Assembly (NCBI GenBank): GCA_038143065.1
Contig: JAYQLI010000035.1
Span: 1,408,894-1,472,893, forward strand
Reading direction: 5' to 3'
From: Rhodospirillales bacterium
Lineage (GTDB): Bacteria; Pseudomonadota; Alphaproteobacteria; Bin95
Length of the DNA: 64,000 bases
The translations under genes were made by a program, and so were the position numbers. The notes beneath the pieces are model-generated. The model saw nothing but the letters and a program-made list of their open reading frames with translations, had not been told where the DNA came from and made no database searches. This document shows, in pieces, positions 16,053-25,826 of the stretch (positions are counted from its first letter, which is position 1; every line of letters begins with the position of its first letter).

Positions 16053-17687
16053 ATGCTTGGACTCCGAGCTCTTACAGCAGCAACTGTAGGTGCTACCGCC
16101 GCTCTGGCGGCAGGCTTTGCAGCTGCTGATGGCCATGGCCACAAGCCAAAATACGGCGGCCATTTCACATACGTAATTCCATCAAAGGCCCCACCAAGTC
16201 TTGATGCGCATAGGGAAACAACTTACGGGGTAATTCATCCCGTTCGTCCGTATTACTCTACACTGCTTCGTGTAAACCCAGCCGACCCAAGTTCAGACGT
16301 ATACGTCTGCGACCTTTGCTTGGGCGATGTGCCAGAACCAACAAACGGCGGCAAAACTTACACATTTAAGCTTAAATCAGGTGTGAAGTTCCATGATGGT
16401 ACTCCGCTCACATCAGCGGATGTCAAAGCAAGTTTTGACAAAATCATCTTCCCGCCTAAGGGTGTATCTAGCGCTCGTAAAAGCTTTTACATGATGGTAG
16501 ATTCGGTCACCACGCCAGATGCTTCTACGGTCGTCTTCAACCTGAAATACGCTTCTTCAGCGTTTATCCCAGCACTCGCCGCACCCTATAACTTCATTTA
16601 TTCAAAAGCGAAGTTGGATGCAGATATTCACTGGTACGAGAAAAATATTCTTGGCTCAGGGCCATTTATTCTCGACGAATATCAGTCGGGTGCACAAATT
16701 ACAGGTACCAAGAACCCAAATTACTATCTTGAGGGGCTACCTTATCTCGACAGAATCACTGGTGTCTTCGCTAATAAAGAGTCGATCCAAGTTCAGGCGC
16801 TCCGAGGCAACCGAGCTAGTGCTCAGTTCCGCGGTTTCCCACCAAAGACGCGCGATGACCTAGTCAAAGCTCTTGGTGACAAGGCTACTGTTCAAGAAAC
16901 GGATTGGAACTGCGTTCTTCTCGCCACACCAAACCACTCACGTAAGCCTTTTGATGACGTCCGAGTGCGTCGCGCTCTAACCCTTGCCCTCGATCGTTGG
17001 GGTGGATCAGAATACCTGTCAAAAATTGCTATCGTGAAAACGGTTGGCGGTATTGTCTATCCAACGAGCAAGCTCGCGGCGACAAAAGAAGAATTGATGC
17101 AGTTGGATGGCTATAAAGCCGACCTGGAAGCTTCACGGGCGCGTGCACGTGAGCTTCTTAAAGAAGCTGGCATTGATCTTTCGAAAACCTATACATTGAA
17201 CAACCGTGCCGTAGACCAGCCATATAAAGTGGTAGGTGTATGGTTGCTTGATCAATGGCGCCAAATCGGACTTAACTTTGAACAACAAGTTAAGCCTACT
17301 GGACCGTTCTACGCTTCTCTGCGTGAGAAGGGCGACTTTGATGTGTCGATTGACTTCAACTGTCAGTCAATTGTCAATCCACCAATTGATACGTCAAAAT
17401 ATCTGTCTTCAGATATCAACCCAGCTAACTACAGCCGGGTTGTCGATCGTAAAATAGACGAGCTTTATAACGAAATGTTGCTTGAAGCTGATCCAGCAAA
17501 ACAACGTGTGAAGATGCGTACTTATGAGAAATACGTTCTTCATGATCAGGTGACACAGATGATTACACTCTGGTGGTTCCGTACAACTGTTCACCGCTCT
17601 CACTTCAAAGGCTGGAAAATTAGCCCCAGCCATTACTTAGGTCAGGCCCTCGATACCGTGTGGCTTGATCCTGATGCGGATAAGTAA
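16053..17687 (+). CDS. ABC transporter substrate-binding protein, family 5 (Dpp/Opp/Nik-like)
   Basis: Signal peptide, KYGG, YTFKLKSGVKFHDGTPLTSADVKASF, GSGPF and PFDDVRVRRAL. Confidence 0.93.
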   Translation: MLGLRALTAATVGATAALAAGFAAADGHGHKPKYGGHFTYVIPSKAPPSLDAHRETTYGVIHPVRPYYSTLLRVNPADPSSDVYVCDLCLGDVPEPTNGGKTYTFKLKSGVKFHDGTPLTSADVKASFDKIIFPPKGVSSARKSFYMMVDSVTTPDASTVVFNLKYASSAFIPALAAPYNFIYSKAKLDADIHWYEKNILGSGPFILDEYQSGAQITGTKNPNYYLEGLPYLDRITGVFANKESIQVQALRGNRASAQFRGFPPKTRDDLVKALGDKATVQETDWNCVLLATPNHSRKPFDDVRVRRALTLALDRWGGSEYLSKIAIVKTVGGIVYPTSKLAATKEELMQLDGYKADLEASRARARELLKEAGIDLSKTYTLNNRAVDQPYKVVGVWLLDQWRQIGLNFEQQVKPTGPFYASLREKGDFDVSIDFNCQSIVNPPIDTSKYLSSDINPANYSRVVDRKIDELYNEMLLEADPAKQRVKMRTYEKYVLHDQVTQMITLWWFRTTVHRSHFKGWKISPSHYLGQALDTVWLDPDADK

Positions 17688-17714
17688 TATCTGCTTCTAA
17701 TCGCCTTTCAGGCA

Positions 17715-17750
17715 TGAACGCCCGTGAGTCAAAAGGCTCACGGGCGTTCA
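17715..17750 (+). terminator. Strong hairpin after the SBP gene (terminator or mRNA stabiliser)
   Basis: TGAACGCCCGTGAG-tcaaaagg-CTCACGGGCGTTCA, a 14-bp perfect stem followed by CTTTA. Confidence 0.7.
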
Positions 17751-17779
17751 CTTTATGACACTAATTTAGGTCTCTATTC

Positions 17780-18751
17780 ATGCATAAGTATCTCGTAAAG
17801 CGCATGCTGATGATGGTGCCGACCCTGATTGGCGCAGCAATTTTAGTTTTTACACTCATGCACATGATCCCAGGAGATGTTTGCGCTCTCCGTTATGCTG
17901 GAACTGGAGGCACGTTTGACGTAAATCAAATCGAGCAGTGCAAAGAAGAATTAGGCCTTAACAGGCCGCTACTTGTGCAATTCTTTGAATGGATTGGCGG
18001 ATTCTTTATTGGTGACTTCGGTACATCAATGTGGACTGATCGCCCAATCACTGAAGAAATGGGACCACGTGTTTTGCTCTCTCTTCAGGTAGCCGTTATG
18101 GCAACAGTTATTTCTATTTTAATCTCTATCCCGCTAGGTACTATTTCAGCGGTTAAACAGAATTCATGGATCGACTACACTGTCAGATGCGTAAGTATAG
18201 CCGGAATTGCAATGCCCTCATTCTGGTTGGGTATATTGATAATGCTTGGACTTTTAGCCGTATCTAATTCAATTTTAGGATACGGATGGATACCTCCAAT
18301 TCAGTATATTCCTCCTCTTGAAGACCCAATTGGCAACCTTACTCAGCTGATTTGGCCAGCCTTGGCAACTGGATATCGTTATTCTGCGGTTGCAACGAGA
18401 ATGACACGATCAGCGTTGCTTGAGGTGCTTCGTGAGGACTACATCCGCACAGCACGCGCCAAAGGTGTAATCGAAAAGTTAGTAGTGAATAGACATGCAC
18501 TGAAAAATTCGATGCTGCCTGTCGTTACAGTTATTGGTATTGAATTTGCCTTCCTCATGGGTGGGTTGGTCGTTACAGAGCAGGTGTTCAACCTTAATGG
18601 TCTTGGGAAGCTATTTGTCGATAGCGTTACCAATCACGACTATACATTAACCCAAGCTCTGGTGATGTTGGTTGCATTCATCTTTGTTGTTATGAACATC
18701 GTCATTGACGTGATCTACGCTTGGCTAGATCCTCGTATCCGCTATAGCTAA
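17780..18751 (+). CDS. ABC permease (DppB/OppB-like)
   Basis: GDFGTS, EDYIRTARAKG EAA loop, ends LDPRIRY. Confidence 0.95.
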   Translation: MHKYLVKRMLMMVPTLIGAAILVFTLMHMIPGDVCALRYAGTGGTFDVNQIEQCKEELGLNRPLLVQFFEWIGGFFIGDFGTSMWTDRPITEEMGPRVLLSLQVAVMATVISILISIPLGTISAVKQNSWIDYTVRCVSIAGIAMPSFWLGILIMLGLLAVSNSILGYGWIPPIQYIPPLEDPIGNLTQLIWPALATGYRYSAVATRMTRSALLEVLREDYIRTARAKGVIEKLVVNRHALKNSMLPVVTVIGIEFAFLMGGLVVTEQVFNLNGLGKLFVDSVTNHDYTLTQALVMLVAFIFVVMNIVIDVIYAWLDPRIRYS

Positions 18752-18763
18752 GTAAGGAGAAAT

Positions 18764-19657
18764 TTGGTCATGAACGTCGCAGCTACGACAGTCGACGCCG
18801 CTCCTACAGAGAAGACACTTCTCCAGAAGATCGGTCGGATGGCCCGCCGTCAGCCCTTAGGGGCAGTCTCAGGTATAATGATCTTGATCATGGTTTTGGT
18901 AGCACTGTTAGCTGATATTGTGGCTCCACACGATCCAGTAAAGTTGAACTTTATCGATCAACTTGCCACTCCATCAGCAACGTATCTTCTAGGCACCGAT
19001 GAGCTTGGCCGGGATATCTTGAGTCGTATTATCTACGGGTCACGCACCGCTCTCTTTATTGGCTTCGTAGCAGCTTTCATTGGCGCGACATTAGGCTTGG
19101 TATTAGGAGTTACAAGCGCTTATCTAGGTGGCTGGTTTGATCTAATTTTCCAACGGATTGTCGATATTTTTATGGCTTTCCCATTAATCATCATGGCGTT
19201 AGCTATCGTATCGGTATTTGGTTCCGGGGTGGGCAATGTGATCATAGCAATTACAATTCCCTTTATCCCTAAATGCGCTCGGGTTGTTCGATCTAGTGCG
19301 CTTGCACTTCGTGAAATTCCCTATATTGATGCAGCCCGCGCGTGTGGTTACAGCCATGTACGCATTGTGCTTGTGCATATGGTTCCAAATGTCATGGCCC
19401 CGTATCTCATTATGGTAACAAGCTTTGTTGGTCAGGCTATTCTTCTAGAAGCCTCATTGTCTTATCTTGGCCTAGGAGTTCAGGAACCGACCGCTGCTTG
19501 GGGTTTAATGTTGCGGGGTGGTGCTGAGCAATTTTTTGAAAGTGCGCCATGGGTAGCAATTTTCCCAGGCCTTGCCATCACGTTAGCCGTGTTTGCCTTC
19601 AATCTTTTCGGTGACAGCTTGCGCGACGCTCTTGATCCAAAACTTCGGTCCTCTTGA
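18764..19657 (+). CDS. ABC permease (DppC/OppC-like)
   Basis: LLGTDELGRDILSRIIYGSR, YIDAARACG, EASLSYLGLG and GDSLRDALDP. Confidence 0.95.
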   Translation: MVMNVAATTVDAAPTEKTLLQKIGRMARRQPLGAVSGIMILIMVLVALLADIVAPHDPVKLNFIDQLATPSATYLLGTDELGRDILSRIIYGSRTALFIGFVAAFIGATLGLVLGVTSAYLGGWFDLIFQRIVDIFMAFPLIIMALAIVSVFGSGVGNVIIAITIPFIPKCARVVRSSALALREIPYIDAARACGYSHVRIVLVHMVPNVMAPYLIMVTSFVGQAILLEASLSYLGLGVQEPTAAWGLMLRGGAEQFFESAPWVAIFPGLAITLAVFAFNLFGDSLRDALDPKLRSS

Positions 19658-20241
19658 GTGGTAAACCTGATTAGGGGTGAGGATGGCTTGTCGCGTTGCG
19701 GCTGGTGCGGAACAGACCCTGAATATCAGCGCTACCATGATGTGGAGTGGGGAAGACCAGTAAGAGACGACTATGCATTGTTTGAAAAGCTTTGCTTAGA
19801 AGGCTTCCAGGCCGGTCTATCCTGGATAACTATTCTAAAGAAACGCGATCGGTTTCGTGAAGTTTTCCATGGCTTCGACCCAGAAAAAATAGCTGGATTG
19901 ACCGGCGAAGATATATCACGTCTTATGCTAGATGCAGGTATCATCAGAAACAGACTGAAGATCGAAGCAACAATCTCAAACGCTCAGGCTTGGCTCAAAA
20001 TTATGGAATCCGGTAACGACAGCTTCGCCAATTTCATATGGGCAACTGTCGACGGCATAACTAAAATCAATCAACCACAAACAAAAAAGAGGTGCCTAGC
20101 AAAACTAAAGAAGCAGAAATATTATCAAAGCGCTTAAAAAAAGCCGGATTTCGCTTCGTTGGTCCGACAATCTGTTATGCTTTTATGCAATCCATGGGAC
20201 TCGTTAATGATCATGTTAAAGGCTGCTGGAAGGCTCCCTAA
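19658..20241 (+). CDS. tag: DNA-3-methyladenine glycosylase I (frameshift at A-run near 20085)
   Basis: RCGW, YHDVEWG, LEGFQAGLSW and IIRNRLKI. The alternate frame continues LKKAGFRFVGPTICYAFMQSMGLVNDH. Confidence 0.95.
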
Positions 20242-21761
20242 TGCCCCATAAGAAGAAACTCGAAGAACTTAAGCGTCGCCGCGAAGAAGCCCAAGCGATG
20301 GGCGGAGCCCGCAAGCTTGAGGCTCGCCGCAATGCTGGTATTTTGAATGCCCGCGAAAGACTACACCACCTTTTAGACGATGACTCTTTCTTAGAAGCCG
20401 GACTCCACGCGTATTCGATCCGCGAGCAAACACGAGATAAATCCCCTGCAGACGGCAAAATTGCTGGGTTCGGTAAAATCGAAGGTAGACCTGTGGCTTT
20501 GGTTGCCAATGACTTTACTGTTCTTGGTGCCTCCTCATCACAAGTGAATATGAAAAAGATGGGGCATATGAAGCGTACTGCGCGTGAACGTGGTTTACCA
20601 CTGGTTCTTCTTGGCGAGAGTAGCGGTGGACGCATGCCAGACCGAATGGGTTCAGCAGGGCGAGCTACAATCGGGCAAGATAGAGAAGAATATCGGCGCA
20701 CTCGTGAAACCCCATGGGTATCCACTCTGATGGGGCAATCATATGGATCATCTACCTGGTACAGTGTCATTTCAGATGTAGTTTTTGCCAGAAAAGGCGC
20801 TGTTATGGCCGTAACCAGCCCTCGTGTAACCTCATTGGCGATAAGTCAAGAAATTGAACCGGAAGATTTGGGAGGTTGGAAGCTCCATACAGATGTCACT
20901 GGCTTAGTAGATAAAGCGTTTGATACAGATGAGGACGTCCTTGATGCAGTTAAGACTTTCATTTCTTATCTTCCATCAAATTCGCAATTGCCACCTACCC
21001 GCCAGAAGACGTGGGAAGAAGCTGATCAAAATGAGCTCCTGAATATTCTACCAGAGGAACGCCGGCGCGTTTATGATGCAAGGAAAGCCCTGCATACGAT
21101 TGCTGATTTAGGGAGCATCTTTGAGCTAAAGGACCGGTTTGGCAAGTCGATTGTTACTTCTCTTGCAAGAATTGAGGGTCGTACGGTCGGCTTTATCGCC
21201 AACAACCCTCGTTTTCGGGCTGGCGCGATTGATCCCGATGCGTGTGATAAAGCTGTCTCATTTATTGTACTCTGTGACAGCTTCAACATACCGATAATAT
21301 TTATGGTCGATCAGCCTGGCTTCTATATTGGCCTCGAAGGCGAGAGAAAACGCGCTCCCGGTAAAATCATGAATTGGATGAATGCTTTAGCCCAGGTTAC
21401 CGTCCCACGTTTCAGCGTAATTGTCCGTAAAAGCTACGGCCAAGCTTATTTAAATATGGGTGGTGGTAGAAATTCAGATGAAGTTTTAGCCTGGCCCACA
21501 GCAGACTTAGGATTTATGGAACCCCGCCTTGCTGTAAACGTTTTACACGGCGTTAAGGAAGATGAAGATCCAGATCAGTTTTCCAAATTAGCTTCAGAAT
21601 TAGACCGCGGAACCGAAGCTTGGGATCTCGCTGGTCTCTACGAAGCACAATATGTTATTGCTCCGCAGGAAACACGCGAACATCTCGCCCGATTGCTCAC
21701 TGTCTACGAGGGCAAACAAGTAAGCGACCATCTTCTCTCAAATTGGCCGACTACTTTCTAA
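20241..21761 (+). CDS. Acyl-CoA carboxylase carboxyltransferase (beta-subunit) family protein
   Basis: ARERL..LLD, DFTVLGAS, ARIEGRTVG.IAN, CDSFNIP...VDQPGF. Confidence 0.88.
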   Translation: MPHKKKLEELKRRREEAQAMGGARKLEARRNAGILNARERLHHLLDDDSFLEAGLHAYSIREQTRDKSPADGKIAGFGKIEGRPVALVANDFTVLGASSSQVNMKKMGHMKRTARERGLPLVLLGESSGGRMPDRMGSAGRATIGQDREEYRRTRETPWVSTLMGQSYGSSTWYSVISDVVFARKGAVMAVTSPRVTSLAISQEIEPEDLGGWKLHTDVTGLVDKAFDTDEDVLDAVKTFISYLPSNSQLPPTRQKTWEEADQNELLNILPEERRRVYDARKALHTIADLGSIFELKDRFGKSIVTSLARIEGRTVGFIANNPRFRAGAIDPDACDKAVSFIVLCDSFNIPIIFMVDQPGFYIGLEGERKRAPGKIMNWMNALAQVTVPRFSVIVRKSYGQAYLNMGGGRNSDEVLAWPTADLGFMEPRLAVNVLHGVKEDEDPDQFSKLASELDRGTEAWDLAGLYEAQYVIAPQETREHLARLLTVYEGKQVSDHLLSNWPTTF

Positions 21762-21824
21762 ATAATATCTGGACATAATAATCTCCCTTCCCCCATTCTT
21801 TAGAGTAGTTAGGGAAGGTTAGTT

Positions 21825-22769
21825 ATGGCTAATAAGTTCACTATTGTTCCGATGACACTGCACATCGGCGCTGAAATCCAAGGTTTGGATCTTTCAAAAC
21901 CAATTACACCAGAAATCGCGGAATCAGTTAATGCAGCCTTGATTAAATGGAAGGTCATTTTTTTCAGAGGCCAAAATCTCTCACATGCAGGGCAAGTATC
22001 TTTTGCAAGGTCAATGGGGGAACCGACCATCGGACACGCGGTTTTTGGCCATGACCCGGACTATCCCGAGATATATTCAGTGGCAAAATTCCGTACTGCC
22101 CAAACTCACAGAACTGCAAAAATGCAACGCCCATGGACTGGCTGGCATACTGACCTGACAGCCGCGATTAATCCTCCCAAAGCATCCCTTTTACGCGGTG
22201 TTACAATTCCTCCATATGGAGGCGACACATTTTGGACCAATCTTGCAGCGGCATACGAAGGACTATCCGAAACATTTCGTAACTTTGTTGATACCCTGAA
22301 AGGTATTCATCGATTTGAACCTCCTGCTGGAGCGAAAATAAACTCAAATTATGAAGAGAGCATTCGCCGCAGAGTTATGGAAAGTGAGCATCCTATTGTC
22401 CGCATTCATCCTGAGTCAGGAGAGCGGATACTTTTTGTCAGTCCATCTTTCCTAAAATCTGTGTCAGGGCTAACCCCACGGGAAAGCGGGCAAATATTGG
22501 AATTGTTATGGGAGCATATAACTCGACCAGAATATACTGTCCGTTTTAAATGGGAGCCGGGCGATATTGCAATGTGGGATAACAGGTCGACAGCACACTT
22601 AGCGCCAACAGATATTTTTGAAAGCGATTATGATCGTCAATTGTATCGAGTAACTTTAGTTGGCGATGTTCCCGTCGGAACTGATGGCGAGCAGTCTATC
22701 TCCCTACAAGGACAGCCTATTCTGTCCGTTCAAGATGAATTAGCCCTCCAAGCTGTCAAAGGACGATAA
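21825..22769 (+). CDS. TauD/TfdA 2-oxoglutarate/Fe(II) dioxygenase 1
   Basis: IGAEIQGLDL, WHTD, GGDT, HPIVRIHPESG, WDNRSTAH and RVT. Confidence 0.93.
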   Translation: MANKFTIVPMTLHIGAEIQGLDLSKPITPEIAESVNAALIKWKVIFFRGQNLSHAGQVSFARSMGEPTIGHAVFGHDPDYPEIYSVAKFRTAQTHRTAKMQRPWTGWHTDLTAAINPPKASLLRGVTIPPYGGDTFWTNLAAAYEGLSETFRNFVDTLKGIHRFEPPAGAKINSNYEESIRRRVMESEHPIVRIHPESGERILFVSPSFLKSVSGLTPRESGQILELLWEHITRPEYTVRFKWEPGDIAMWDNRSTAHLAPTDIFESDYDRQLYRVTLVGDVPVGTDGEQSISLQGQPILSVQDELALQAVKGR

Positions 22770-22775
22770 TCTTTT

Positions 22776-23849
22776 CTATTCATTTGAGCCTTTAATTGCA
22801 TCAATCATCGCACCCGTAACTTCTTTTGTAGAAGCCTTTCCACCAATATCTAGGGTTTTTATGCCAGCTGCAGTAACGCTCTCAATTGCGCGCATTAGTC
22901 GAGCAGCTGCAGACGGTTCGCCTAAATGCTCAAGCATCTGACAAGCGGTCCAGAAAGTCGCTACTGGATTAGCAATTCCCTTTCCTGTTATATCAAATGC
23001 AGAACCATGAATTGGCTCAAACATGGATGGGAAGCGGCGTTGGGGGTCAATATTAGCTGTCGGCGCCACTCCAATCGAACCAGCAAGTGCGCCCGCGAGA
23101 TCAGAGAGGATGTCTGCATGCAGATTGGTAGCGACAATGGTATCCAAACTCTTCGGATCAAGGGTCATTCGCACCGTCATGGCGTCAACTAACATCTTAT
23201 CCCATGTTACATCGGGGAATTCCTTCGATACTTCAGCAGCAATCTCATCCCACATAACCATGCCGTGGCGTTGGGCATTCGATTTGGTAACAACTGTTAA
23301 AAATTTCCGAGGCCTTTTTTGTGCAAGCTCAAAAGCAAAACGCATAATGCGCTCAACACCAATCCGCGTAAAAATAGCAACCTCTGTTCCTACCTCTTCT
23401 GGCATGCCCTTATGGACGCGGCCACCATTGCCGGCATACTCACCCTCAGAATTTTCACGCACTATCACCCAGTCTAGGTCACCTGGCTGGGCATTGCGAA
23501 GAGGTGACTCCACGCCATCTATAATCTTGGTGGGACGCACGTTGGCGTACTGGTCAAAGCTCTGACAGATCTGAAGCCTCAAACCCCATAAAGTTATATG
23601 ATCTGGTACATCGGGTGCGCCTACTGCGCCAAAGTAAATTGCATCAAATGATTTTAGTTGGGCCAGTCCATCAGATGGCATCATTGCCCCGTGCTTTTTG
23701 TAATAATCTGTTCCCCAATCGAAGTGGGTTACATCAAAATCAATATCACCTTCACGTCTGGCCAGCGCTTCTAGTACAGCTAGGCCAGCATCAATTACTT
23801 CAGGCCCAATTCCATCAGCGGGTATGGATGCAATTTTATAATTACGCAT
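22776..23849 (-). CDS. ttuC: Tartrate dehydrogenase / D-malate dehydrogenase (decarboxylating)
   Basis: DGIGPEV, PDHITLWGLRL.ICQ.FDQYANVRP, TKSNAQRHGMVMWD and FEPIHGSAFDI, all characteristic of TtuC/DmlA. Confidence 0.9.
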   Translation of the reverse strand: MRNYKIASIPADGIGPEVIDAGLAVLEALARREGDIDFDVTHFDWGTDYYKKHGAMMPSDGLAQLKSFDAIYFGAVGAPDVPDHITLWGLRLQICQSFDQYANVRPTKIIDGVESPLRNAQPGDLDWVIVRENSEGEYAGNGGRVHKGMPEEVGTEVAIFTRIGVERIMRFAFELAQKRPRKFLTVVTKSNAQRHGMVMWDEIAAEVSKEFPDVTWDKMLVDAMTVRMTLDPKSLDTIVATNLHADILSDLAGALAGSIGVAPTANIDPQRRFPSMFEPIHGSAFDITGKGIANPVATFWTACQMLEHLGEPSAAARLMRAIESVTAAGIKTLDIGGKASTKEVTGAMIDAIKGSNE

Positions 23850-23903
23850 AGAACCACCTATTTTTTTAAGGGTTCTAGGCCACTACTTCTGGCGACACAA
23901 TGG

Positions 23904-24790
23904 TCAGAAACGATTAACTGGCAACTTAAGCATGGGTGCACCATCTTCGTCTGTAGGCACCTCTCCTGCCCGCATATTGACCTGTAAAGATGGCAAGATA
24001 AGAGTTGGCATAGATAGTGTAGCATCACGTGCAGTTCGGAGTTTAACGAAGTCCTCGCGGCTCTTGCCTTTCCCAACATGGATGTTGCTATCTCTCTCCT
24101 CTTTGACAGTGGTTTCCCAGATCATTTCCCGAGATCCCCCAGCGCCATAATCGTGGCACATAAACAGGCGCAATGAATCTGGTAGAGCAAGAACTTTTGA
24201 ATTGAATCGTAAAGCAATCCTGCATCGCCTCCTGGAAAGTCTGCACGAGCTGACCCACTGTCAGGCATAAAGAGTGTATCACCGACAAAGGCGGCGTCGC
24301 CAACCACATGCACCATACATGCTGGGGTGTGCCCAGGGGTCGATATTGTGAACACTTTGAGGCTACCTATTTGGTAAATATCGCCGTCTTTAAAAAGGCA
24401 GTCGAATTGAGAACCATCGCGACGGAATTCGGTTCCCTCATTAAACACTTTGCCAAAAACCTCCTGTATTTCCAGGACCTTCTCACTAATTCCTATCTTA
24501 CCTCCAAGCTGTTCCTGAATATATGGCGCAGCACTGAGGTGATCTGCATGAACATGAGTTTCAATAATCCATTGGAGTTCAAGGTCATGAGATCTTATGT
24601 GCTCGATCACACTATCCGCTTGAGCAAAGCTAATCCTGCCAGACGCATGGTCAAAATCCATTACACTATCGATAACAGCGCAGGCTTTAGTATCCGGATC
24701 TCTGACTATGTACGTTACAGTATTGGTTACCTGATCGAAGAATGAGGTGACAATCGGTTTTACAGTCATATCTATTGGATATTCAGTCAT
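23904..24790 (-). CDS. MBL-fold persulfide (sulfur) dioxygenase, Blh/ETHE1-like (frameshift near 24180)
   Basis: ETHVHADHLSAA, TPGHTPAC, GDTLFMPD.G.ARADFPGG, MCHDY and RDATLSMP.LILPSLQVNMRAG. Confidence 0.9.
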
Positions 24791-24985
24791 AAGGCTCATA
24801 CCTCCAGCTTCGCAGCGCAAAACTCTACCAAAATATGATTACCAATTATTCCCTGACAAACAACTTAACTGAGTAATTCAATTGGACATATTATTCATTT
24901 AAATATTGACGGCTGGAATTAGTAAACTCTACTTTCAAAGCGAAAAAATTACGGCATTCTTATCGATCTTTTAGGAAAATCATCC

Positions 24986-25823
24986 ATGACATACGCGCAC
25001 ATAGATGTTCGTCCAATTTCTGGCGCACTTGGAGCCGAAATACATGGCGTCGATCTAAGCAAGGACCTCAGTGGAACCATAATTGAAGAAATTCGCTCAG
25101 CCTGGTTAGAACATCTTGTTATCTTTTCCGCGACCAAGAGATAACACCTGCCCAGCAGCTTGCTTTTGCAGAGCAGCTCGGTGAACCAGTCGAATACCCA
25201 TTTGTGCAAGGACTACCTGATTTTCCCACAATAACTCCCATCATCAAGTTGGAGCATGAAAAGGTCAATTTTGGGGTTTATGGCACACAGATACCACCTA
25301 CCAACAACGCCCACCGATGGCATCTATGCTTTATGCGTTAGAAGTACCTAAATTTGGCGGAGACACGTTATTTGCCAATTGTTATATGGCTTACGAAACC
25401 CTCTCCGAAGGCCTCAAGACAACGCTGGAACCACTTATTGGTGTGAATTCTTCCACAAAAGGCCGCGTTGTTGATACCCGCGCGGCCAGGATTGCAGACG
25501 CACCCAAAGAAGATGCTAAAAAACCTAGAGTTGCTGAGCATCCCGTTGTCCGCGTGCATCCAGAGACAGGCCGAAAAAGTCTTTATGTAAGTTTTGCTCA
25601 CACCACGAACTTTAAGGGTTGGAGTGAAGCAGAAAGTCAGCCTCTACTGGACCACCTATTCGAACATCAAACTTTACCAGAGTTCACTTGCCGATTTCGG
25701 TGGGAGAAGGGTTCAATAGCACTTTGGGATAATAGATGCGCACTTCACAATCCAATTAACGATTATCACGGCCACAAACGCGTTCTTCACCGCATCACAT
25801 TCGCAGGTATGGACACTGCTTGA
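24986..25823 (+). CDS. TauD/TfdA dioxygenase 2 (frameshifts in 5' half)
   Basis: ISGALGAEIHGVDL from ATG 24986, WHTDTTY, GGDTLFAN, HPVVRVHPETGRK and WDNRCALH. Confidence 0.92.
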
Positions 25824-25826
25824 GCT

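Noticed and set aside
23904-24790. Beta-lactamase resistance gene
   Set aside because: The motifs (HVHADH, ARADF, CHDY) are those of persulfide dioxygenases.
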